Of a stretch of 64,000 bases of DNA, positions 56,679 through 64,000 are shown in pieces (the stretch's first letter is position 1; every line of letters starts with the position of its first letter). The DNA lies in contig JBPCLP010000047.1 of NCBI GenBank assembly GCA_051003195.1, positions 96,001 to 160,000 on the forward strand, written 5' to 3'. The notes under the pieces were generated by a model that worked only from the letters and a program-made list of their open reading frames with translations, searched no databases and was not told where the DNA came from. The translations under genes were made by a program, and so were the position numbers. The stretch comes from Candidatus Sumerlaeaceae bacterium. GTDB taxonomy: Bacteria > Sumerlaeota > Sumerlaeia > Sumerlaeales > Sumerlaeaceae.

Positions 56679-57854
56679 TCAGCTCGCGTGCCTGGCCTTC
56701 ACGAGCCGGCTCAGACGCTCGCTGAGACCGTCCACGTGCTGCGCCCAGGTATGTTGTCCCGCCACTGTGCTTGCATGATTCGAAAAACCTGCCCGGGCTT
56801 GTGGATAGGCGACGAGTCGCACAATCGCCTCACGAATCGCTGCTACATTACCCACTGGAACAAGAAGAGCAGATCTGCCATTTTCGACGGCTTCAGGCAC
56901 TCCGCCCCAATCGGAACCGATGCAGGGCAGTCCGGCTGCCTGTGCTTCGAGGAAGGAAATGCCGAAGCTTTCCAGGAAATCTCCCTCGGGCTGGCTGGGC
57001 TGGACGTACACATCTGCTGCGCAAAAGTACGATGGTACCACTTCGTGCGCCACTGGCCCGGTAAAAATGACGCGACCGCTCAATCCAAGACTGGTCGCCA
57101 GCGTTTCGAACTCCTTCGCATCCGGCCCGCCGCCCGCGATCACGTAAATCCAATGCAATTCTGGTCGGGCGGCGAGTACTTCTTCCAGCGCCTGAAGCAC
57201 GAGGTGAATGCCCTTCCCTTTGGTCAAACGGCAGACCGATAGCAGGACTGTTGGCTGGGCACCGTCCGGCCGTGAGATAAGCCAGTTCTCGCGTAAATGC
57301 ACTGCCAGCTTTCGCGCCTCAGGTGAACTGAATTTGCCAGGATCAACACCAGGTGATAGCACCTCCGCTTCGGTTCCAGGAAAGTGTTTGGCCAGCAGAT
57401 TGGCGGTATTGCGTGAATTTGCTACCACAAGTGCAGCACTGTCGATCAGGCGTGCGAGTATTGTCCTGCGGATGCTGCTTCGCAGTTCCGTTTGGATTTC
57501 TGTGCCATGGAAATAGATGCCATAGGGAATTCGAGCCGCGCTGCAGCACAGGTATACTGGTAAGCCGTATCCGCGATAAGTTGGCGTCCAGACTACGTCC
57601 GGTTTAAACCCGCGGATTGTTTTCGAAAGTTGAAGCGTCAGCGGCAGCAGACGCAAAATTGCACGTGCGCCTACCCGCTTGCGGTGAATCTCAATATTGG
57701 GCTGAGGCGATTCTTCTTCCCCGGGCACACAAGCGAGCGCTTCGACATGCACGGTGTGGCCCAGTTGTGACAGGCCGATTGCCTGTTCACGTGCCAGGGT
57801 GGCCACCCCCCCCGGCTGCGGGGGAAATTCAGTCGTTGGGATCAGGATTTTAAT
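56679..57854 (-). CDS. Glycosyltransferase family 4; probable non-canonical start (ATT 57854)
   Basis: HGTE, KGIH and ESFGISFLEAQA; conserved N-terminal KILIPTTEFPPQPGG lies upstream of the called GTG at 57806. Confidence 0.85.
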   Translation of the reverse strand: MKILIPTTEFPPQPGGVATLAREQAIGLSQLGHTVHVEALACVPGEEESPQPNIEIHRKRVGARAILRLLPLTLQLSKTIRGFKPDVVWTPTYRGYGLPVYLCCSAARIPYGIYFHGTEIQTELRSSIRRTILARLIDSAALVVANSRNTANLLAKHFPGTEAEVLSPGVDPGKFSSPEARKLAVHLRENWLISRPDGAQPTVLLSVCRLTKGKGIHLVLQALEEVLAARPELHWIYVIAGGGPDAKEFETLATSLGLSGRVIFTGPVAHEVVPSYFCAADVYVQPSQPEGDFLESFGISFLEAQAAGLPCIGSDWGGVPEAVENGRSALLVPVGNVAAIREAIVRLVAYPQARAGFSNHASTVAGQHTWAQHVDGLSERLSRLVKARHAS

Positions 57855-57872
57855 AGTGGAACTGATCGCAGA

Positions 57873-58112
57873 CTACGACTGCTGTGGCACACTGCTCGAC
57901 TCCATTTCCGCCTCGTCTTCGATAGCGGCGAATGCATGCGTGTTATAAATTTCCGTATAGCCACACAGAGTGCATGAGAGCAGAATGTACTTGTCGGCAC
58001 CAAGATTGAGCAGGGTAGGCAATCCACCGAGCGCCACCGTTCGCGCAACCGCCCTACGGCCCCGGCATTTAGCACAGCAGAACTGCTCGGTCAGCAATGT
58101 CTCGGGATCCAA
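57873..58112 (-). CDS. Zinc-ribbon protein (DUF2082-like)
   Basis: CAKC...SCTLCGYTEIY; TTG start with GGGG upstream. Confidence 0.8.
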   Translation of the reverse strand: MDPETLLTEQFCCAKCRGRRAVARTVALGGLPTLLNLGADKYILLSCTLCGYTEIYNTHAFAAIEDEAEMESSSVPQQS

Positions 58113-58266
58113 AATAGCCCCCTGTCAGCCGCGGTTTGTCCGTCCAGAATTTCTCATAAAGCCATGGTGAACAGCCATTTGGGCGGGGCGCAAGTTTTTT
58201 AAGGCATCCAGTGGCCTGGCTCAATTATATATTGCGGTTCGCCGGAGCCGCGAGTACAGATCGAAC

Positions 58267-58818
58267 ATGCCTAAGCGTATATTTACACTTCGTAGCTTCA
58301 CCGCAAACCTGACGGTAGCTATCGTCTGTTTCGGATTTCTTGTCGCGTGCGACCAGGATATTGAAATTAACCCCGAGTTCTCAGTTAACATTTTCAAGCC
58401 GGGACCCAAGTGGCCGAATGTCAAGAAGCTTGCCGCGGAGCAGCGCGAGGCGTATGAAAAATTCGGCAAGCCAGATTGCTTCCACGTTTACTGGTCGCCC
58501 ACGGGTGAAATTATGCCCCGCAGAGAGCTTGAGAAGCAGTTGAAGGGGAAAAAGCCCAAAACTGTGCCGCCATTCTCGTGGGTATATTTGCGAACCAATA
58601 AGGAAGTTGTTTTTCCTGGCGGCGGGCGTGCTAACGAGCAGCCACTGCCGGAGACAGTTCGCATTGTTGCAGAGAATGGCGATCCGGAAGATGTAAGCCA
58701 GGAAGGTGGCGGCATTACACAATGGATGTTCTACAGCACCGGAAAGATTTACAAGATATCGCAGGGACGCGTAATTGAGCGGAAAGAGTTTCCCGCGATG
58801 GGCAGATACATAAAGTAG
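58267..58818 (+). CDS. Hypothetical lipoprotein
   Basis: LVAC lipobox; two G.P(D/E) ... W.Y/F SmpA-like repeats. Confidence 0.75.
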   Translation: MPKRIFTLRSFTANLTVAIVCFGFLVACDQDIEINPEFSVNIFKPGPKWPNVKKLAAEQREAYEKFGKPDCFHVYWSPTGEIMPRRELEKQLKGKKPKTVPPFSWVYLRTNKEVVFPGGGRANEQPLPETVRIVAENGDPEDVSQEGGGITQWMFYSTGKIYKISQGRVIERKEFPAMGRYIK

Positions 58819-58820
58819 TT

Positions 58821-59315
58821 ATGGCCGCCCAAAACCGCAACAGTCGGGCAGATCGACGCCGGCGCAATGACTCTGCCAGAACTGCCCGTGATGAACGCCG
58901 CAGGTCCACACCGTTGACCGACGTGTTGATTCGTTCCCAGCAGATCGGCGAAGAACTGCAGCTCTTCGTCGGAAGCCCGCTCACTGCGGACAACTGCGCT
59001 GCCGCCCGCACTGCCATCCAGAAGCACAGCACGCGTTCGAATGCGCCAGTTGTCGTGGTCGATCTGGAAAAATGTGCTTACATGGACACGCCGGGGCTGA
59101 GCCTGCTGTTCGAACTGCGCAAAACCTCGCAGGAACTCGGCCGCACTGCGATTTTACAGAACCCCAGCAGGGCGGTTCAGCGAATCCTCAACATCACCCA
59201 GATGCATCGTGTGTTTCAGATTCGCCAGACGAGCGTTGACCTGGAGCGAATTCCTTCGGCTAAGCCAGTGGTAAATGCGGCCGATATGGACACCGTTATA
59301 CTACCAAAGCCATGA
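58821..59315 (+). CDS. STAS-domain anti-sigma factor antagonist
   Basis: VVVDLEKCAYMDTPGL...LQNPSRAVQRILNITQM..VF. Confidence 0.85.
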   Translation: MAAQNRNSRADRRRRNDSARTARDERRRSTPLTDVLIRSQQIGEELQLFVGSPLTADNCAAARTAIQKHSTRSNAPVVVVDLEKCAYMDTPGLSLLFELRKTSQELGRTAILQNPSRAVQRILNITQMHRVFQIRQTSVDLERIPSAKPVVNAADMDTVILPKP

Positions 59316-59932
59316 GTGTTCCAGGTCCGGAAGCGCTCCGTTTATTCACCGCGATCGATCTCCCGCCCGAGTCCAAAGCGCAACTGGTTGAGCTGCTGCA
59401 GCGTCTGCAAAAGGGCATGCAGTTTACAGGCGCACATCCAACCTGGGTGACCTCTGAAAATCTGCACATTACACTGGCCTTCCTTGGAAACCAGAACCCC
59501 GACCAGGTGCCAATCATTGAAAACGCAATGCGCGCGGCTACTGGCGTGACAAGGCCGTTCGAACTCCGTCTGAGTGGGCTGGAGCTATTTCCCACACCGC
59601 GGGAGCCGCGCGTTATTAGCGTGGCGATAAAAGGCGAAGTTGAGCGGCTGAACAACGTTTACGTTGCATTAACGGACGGTTTGCGCTCCTCTGGATTTCA
59701 AATCGACAAGCGGCCGTTCCGCGCACACCTTACAGTTGCTCGTATCAAGTCGGTCAAGGGCCTTGCCGGCTTGCGCAGTGTGGTCAATAGCCACGCGAAT
59801 TATATCGGTACCCAGTTTATTGCGCAAGCCACTACATTGTACAAGAGCACCCTCACACCAGCAGGATCGATTTATGAGCCCCTGTGCAGCATCCCGTTGT
59901 CCGAAACAGAACCCAGTGTGCCGAATCAGTAG
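59312..59932 (+). CDS. thpR: RNA 2',3'-cyclic phosphodiesterase (2H family)
   Basis: RLFTAI, HITL and HLTV motifs, LYKSTL. Confidence 0.92.
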   Translation: MSVPGPEALRLFTAIDLPPESKAQLVELLQRLQKGMQFTGAHPTWVTSENLHITLAFLGNQNPDQVPIIENAMRAATGVTRPFELRLSGLELFPTPREPRVISVAIKGEVERLNNVYVALTDGLRSSGFQIDKRPFRAHLTVARIKSVKGLAGLRSVVNSHANYIGTQFIAQATTLYKSTLTPAGSIYEPLCSIPLSETEPSVPNQ

Positions 59933-60011
59933 TTCATTACCAGACCAAAGGGCAGACTTAACCTCGATTCGGCACACAGAACCTATTACAACTAACGGTA
60001 GATCACATTAC
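59913..60011 (-). mobile_element. MITE-like repeat, subfamily A copy 3
   Basis: Reverse complement aligns with 1037-1135; supplies the last codons and stop of thpR; other end overlaps the PBP1A TAA. Confidence 0.8.
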
Positions 60012-62491
60012 CGATACATAGACTGCTGCTGATTCGCGTACGGCTGCTGCTGCGGATTGAGCGGCGGCCCCGGCTGTCCAATAGACCCGCCGTAACCGAC
60101 TTCGTACCTGCTTTCCGGATCTTCAACCTGCCCCTCACCTGACGCAATCGACATTCCGCCGTGGTAGTCGCACGATCCGTTCGGCGCAGTGCCTTTCCGG
60201 AAGGGGGTATTTTTAAACTTCATGTCTTCACTGGCATAGCAAGCGCCGGTTAGACGCTCGCCGCTCCTGCCGCACATATCGCGGAATTCCACACCCGGCG
60301 GAACCTCGAATTTTAACTTCCAATCGTTGCGCGTATGCAGGACGCGGTCCATAATGGAAACCCAGATCGGCCCCACGACTTTGCCGCCGGTCATCTTCGC
60401 TCCCAGCGAGCGGTGCTGGTCGTATCCTGCATAAATCGCCAGGACGAGGTCCGGCGTAAAACCACAGAACCACGCCACAAAGCAGTCGTTGGTCGTTCCA
60501 GTTTTACCGCCAATCTCCGGAAGCTTACGCCCAGCGGCAATCTGCTCCTGTTGCCATTTGCCAATAGAGGCTTTCGCCGTGCCCTGGATCGGCACCTCCT
60601 GCAGAATCCGGCACATCATATATGCAGACTCTGCCGAAATCACGCGGTACTGCTCGGGCTTGTAAATGCGCGAATCGCTGGAGCTCTTGGAACTGAACAG
60701 CCGCTTGATTGGCGCAGGAGTAATGCCAATTCCACCATTCGGGAAAATCATATAAGAAGCGGCGAGTTCCAGGGGGGTAATGTTTGGAGTGCCGAGACAC
60801 ATCGGCGGATATGGATCGAGTTTCCAGTTGGATGGCCGTGTGACTACGTTAAACGAGTTATATATGTCCACAGCCCGCTTGGTACCCACGTCCATGAATA
60901 GCTTCACAGTCGGGATATTGCGCGACTCTACCAGCGCCATGAACAGCGTCAACTGCCCCTTGTAGTGGGGCTCGTAGTTCTTCGGCGACCATTCTCCCAC
61001 CGAGTACGGCTCGTCGACAAGGATGCTTCCCGGCGCGAAACGGGGTTTGCCCGCCGGATCCATAAGATCTAGCGCACCGCCATACAGCAGCGGCTTCCAG
61101 CAACTGCCAGGCTGACGTCCGCCTTGAAAGGCGCGGTTAAACTGGCCGTTGTTCACGGGATCATTACGATCGTCGCCGCCGACCAGCGCGACAATTTCAC
61201 CGGTATGCACATCCAATAACACTGCTGCGCCTTGCACATGTGTTTTGTCGTAAAGGTATGCCTCTATTTTGCCTTTTGTACTGATGTTCGCGATGTAAAT
61301 GTCGATCAGGTTACCTTTACGAATGACCTTCTCCGGCTCAAAGTAAGGCAGTTTGTCTGGTAATGGAACTTCGACTTTCTGGCCCCCGATGTTCACAATG
61401 ATCGACTGCTCTTTTACGTCAGTGATACGTACAAGCCGCGCCTGGCCTTTTCGAAGGCCGCCGAGTTCGCCGCTCTCGATCGCCTGCCGGGCTTCCTTTT
61501 GCTCTTCGATCATCACCTCGACTTTTCGCAGTCCCTTGCTAAGCTCTTCCTCGCAAATTTTCTGCAGGTTAAGGTCGACCGTAGAAATAATCTGGTAGCC
61601 CTTGGCGCCCAGTTCATTGGCTGCCTGCATCGAATTGTCCTTCATGAGGAGGGCACTTACGTAATCGACGAAGTACGGAGCCTCGGTTTTGGGACGCGGC
61701 GCCGGGTTGACTTCGATCGGCGTAGCCTGGTACTGCTTCAGGGTGGCGTCGTCTTTAATCACGAAGTTGTTTTTGCGCATGTTGAAAAGCACGAGGTTGC
61801 GCCGCTCGCGTGACTTCTCCTTGTTCGCCAATGGCGAAAGCTGACTGGGCGCCTTTGGCAAACCAGCCAGTAGCGCGCCCTCCTCAATCGTGAGGTCTTT
61901 CACGTCTTTATTAAAGTACGCCTTGGAGGCTTCCTGGATGCCGTACGCGCGCGCCCCGAAGAAGATGTGATTCAGATAAAATTCGAGAATCTGGTTCTTG
62001 GAATAGTTGCGCTCGATCTGCAGCGCGATAAAGAGTTCCTTGAACTTACGCTTCCAGTTTTTAGTCAGGTCCTCAAGCACCACGTTGCGTGCAACCTGCA
62101 TGGTAATCGTGCTCGCCCCCTGTGTTTTGCCGCCGGCCTGCACGTTCGTTCTCAATGCACGCAGCACGCCTTTGAGATCGACCCCGAAGTGCCGGTAAAA
62201 CCGCTCGTCCTCAATCGCGAGAAACGCCTTGAGCACGTGGTCCGGAATATCGTCGATGCGCACCAGTTCGCGACGGTCGGTGAAAAACTCCCCGATCTGC
62301 CGATTTCCTGTGCGGTCGTACACGCGTGAGATCTCGGGAGGATTGTAGTGGTCCAGCACGTTGATGGGCGGCAGGCTGTTAATGTATCCAATGATAGCGC
62401 CGAGCGTGAGTCCAGCGACCATAATGCCGATCATCAAGGCGATGCTGAATATGACGAACCATTTGCGGAGCACCGGATGCAGCGCCTTCAT
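60008..62491 (-). CDS. mrcA: Class A penicillin-binding protein (PBP1A)
   Basis: EDERFYRH.GVD and GASTITMQ (GT51); SCWK, SRN and KTG transpeptidase motifs. Confidence 0.93.
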   Translation of the reverse strand: MKALHPVLRKWFVIFSIALMIGIMVAGLTLGAIIGYINSLPPINVLDHYNPPEISRVYDRTGNRQIGEFFTDRRELVRIDDIPDHVLKAFLAIEDERFYRHFGVDLKGVLRALRTNVQAGGKTQGASTITMQVARNVVLEDLTKNWKRKFKELFIALQIERNYSKNQILEFYLNHIFFGARAYGIQEASKAYFNKDVKDLTIEEGALLAGLPKAPSQLSPLANKEKSRERRNLVLFNMRKNNFVIKDDATLKQYQATPIEVNPAPRPKTEAPYFVDYVSALLMKDNSMQAANELGAKGYQIISTVDLNLQKICEEELSKGLRKVEVMIEEQKEARQAIESGELGGLRKGQARLVRITDVKEQSIIVNIGGQKVEVPLPDKLPYFEPEKVIRKGNLIDIYIANISTKGKIEAYLYDKTHVQGAAVLLDVHTGEIVALVGGDDRNDPVNNGQFNRAFQGGRQPGSCWKPLLYGGALDLMDPAGKPRFAPGSILVDEPYSVGEWSPKNYEPHYKGQLTLFMALVESRNIPTVKLFMDVGTKRAVDIYNSFNVVTRPSNWKLDPYPPMCLGTPNITPLELAASYMIFPNGGIGITPAPIKRLFSSKSSSDSRIYKPEQYRVISAESAYMMCRILQEVPIQGTAKASIGKWQQEQIAAGRKLPEIGGKTGTTNDCFVAWFCGFTPDLVLAIYAGYDQHRSLGAKMTGGKVVGPIWVSIMDRVLHTRNDWKLKFEVPPGVEFRDMCGRSGERLTGACYASEDMKFKNTPFRKGTAPNGSCDYHGGMSIASGEGQVEDPESRYEVGYGGSIGQPGPPLNPQQQPYANQQQSMYR

Positions 62492-62723
62492 ACGCGTGGT
62501 TCCTTACTAGCCGGGGAGTGTTTGCTGAACGACATCAAGTTCCAACCCTTTGATCAGTACCGTAAAGCAGGCAAATCGTTCCCGCATCTGGCGAAAATCA
62601 TTCCCTGCGACAGCCTCCGCCAGGATCGCCTGATGGGTCTTCAAAACGTTACATAGAACTGGTTCCGGGACACGCAGCTGTCCAGAATGCGAACGTCTTC
62701 GAATATCGCGAAGAATCGCGGGG

Positions 62724-63473
62724 TCAGCTCTCTTTGTGAATCAGCGACTCGATAAGTCGCTGCTCGGCCGAGGACAGGCTGGGAAAGCAGCGCGTTATCA
62801 GATCGGGCCGGCGGTCCAGCGTCCTCTGGATTGCCTGCAATCGTCGCCACTCCTGGATGTTTTTGTGGTGGCCGCTCAAAAGAATTTCCGGTACATGCAT
62901 CCCACCGAATTCCTCGGGCCGGGTGTAGTGCGGATGATCCAGCAGTCCCTCCGCAGAAAAAGAATCCTGTCGCACACTGTCTTCGTTACCCACCACACCA
63001 GGCACCAGGCGCGCCATCGTATCGATCAGAACCATCGCTGGAAGCTCTCCGCCCGTCAGCACATAGTCGCCGATGGAAATCTCACGATCCACGTAGAGTT
63101 CGCGTGCACGCTCGTCAATGCCCTCATAGTGTCCACACAGCAGGATGATGCTGTCATGCTTTACGAGTTCCTCCGCCAGTTGTTGATTCCACACCTCCCC
63201 CTGTGGTGATAAATAAATACATAGGGGCCGGCTGGACGGATTTGACTGGCGAATGGCTTCGACCGCGCCAGCAATGGGTTCTGGCTTCATCACCATACCC
63301 GGGCCGCCGCCGTAAGGCGCGTCGTCGGTCACGTGGTGCTTGTCGGTCGTGAAATCCCGGATATTGTGCACCACCACCTCAATCGCGCCGGCAGCCTGGC
63401 CACGCTTCAGAATGCTTGCATCCACGACTGGCGCGAACATTTCTGGAAATAAAGTGAGTATATCAAACTTCAT
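62724..63473 (-). CDS. trmD: tRNA (guanine37-N1)-methyltransferase
   Basis: LTLFPEMF, DDAPYGGGPGM, CGHYEGIDER, SIGDYVLTGGE and YTRP. Confidence 0.97.
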   Translation of the reverse strand: MKFDILTLFPEMFAPVVDASILKRGQAAGAIEVVVHNIRDFTTDKHHVTDDAPYGGGPGMVMKPEPIAGAVEAIRQSNPSSRPLCIYLSPQGEVWNQQLAEELVKHDSIILLCGHYEGIDERARELYVDREISIGDYVLTGGELPAMVLIDTMARLVPGVVGNEDSVRQDSFSAEGLLDHPHYTRPEEFGGMHVPEILLSGHHKNIQEWRRLQAIQRTLDRRPDLITRCFPSLSSAEQRLIESLIHKES

Positions 63474-63576
63474 GTTATTGCGTCGACCCGTGCAACTCCA
63501 TTACATTTACTCTGTAACGGGTGCATAGGCGCGCGTGCCCAGCATTATTCGGCCACGTGTGCTCTCTTCAGGCTTT

Positions 63577-64000
63577 ATGGTTTATACCAGACTAGATCGT
63601 ATCGTAGGTGTAATCGCGTTTGGGTTCCTTTTGCTTATCGGTAAAAGTGCCTCGGCGGCCACGACCGATCAAACACTTCTCCCCCCGCTTCCCGTTGCCA
63701 TTACCCAGGGTATTTTCCCCCCGGGGGACATCAAGGTGACCTCGGACGGCGGAACGTCAGGGCAGTTGCTTTTGCAGTTCGAGCACCTGGATCCGCGTCG
63801 GTGCTCCGTTCCATCTGGCAAAGCCGAGACCCTGGCTTATATGATCGCCGGTGTACCGGGTAAGTTGCCAGCTATCGAGGTCGTGGCCGCAAGGTATACG
63901 CGCTATTTGCGGGGCCGTGCTGTCGAGACCGTGCATACTCTGCCGCCGCAAAGCGGTGTGGGAGTCGCGGCAAACAACGCTGCCGTTCGCATATCAGAGT
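63577..64000 (+). CDS. Secreted protein, 3' truncated by window edge (not in ORF track)
   Basis: Frame open from ATG 63577 to the window end; MVYTRLDRIVGVIAFGFLLLIGKSASA signal peptide. Confidence 0.7.
   Translation, partial: MVYTRLDRIVGVIAFGFLLLIGKSASAATTDQTLLPPLPVAITQGIFPPGDIKVTSDGGTSGQLLLQFEHLDPRRCSVPSGKAETLAYMIAGVPGKLPAIEVVAARYTRYLRGRAVETVHTLPPQSGVGVAANNAAVRISE

Noticed and set aside
62656..62673. Possible sixth repeat end (GAACTGGTTCCGGGACAC)
   Set aside because: Only a short partial resemblance to the right end; no left end or internal motif.

Overview
64 kb of bacterial chromosome with dense, mostly housekeeping and cell-envelope genes. The window holds about 57 CDS and two tandem CAT-anticodon tRNA genes (initiator fMet and elongator Met). 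Recognisable genes include pepA, a JAB-DinG helicase fusion, csp, iscS-iscA, rlmI-like, cysS, an NtrC-type two-component pair, pdxJ, punA, modB, agmatine deiminase, an ECF sigma/anti-sigma pair, rpiB-like, a sugar ABC system, ftsB-like, ftsW, uvrC, murC, thpR, PBP1A, trmD and several CAZymes/glycosyltransferases. No transposase, integrase, phage gene, rRNA or CRISPR array is visible. The main unexplained structure is a family of ~100-bp CTAG-bounded repeats: 5 copies in 2 subfamilies, with IS630-like ends and a covarying internal stem. Three copies sit on stop codons between convergent genes. Other oddities are a shared C-terminal T-A-x3-[DE]-W-x3-E motif (candidate sorting signal, tentatively suggesting Candidatus Sumerlaeota/BRC1), a glycosyltransferase whose conserved N-terminus has no canonical start codon, a 44-bp duplication that rewrites the FtsW C-terminus, a terminator between the two tRNAs, and dispersed dcw/trmD genes. 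All family assignments come from motif recognition by eye; no searches were run.
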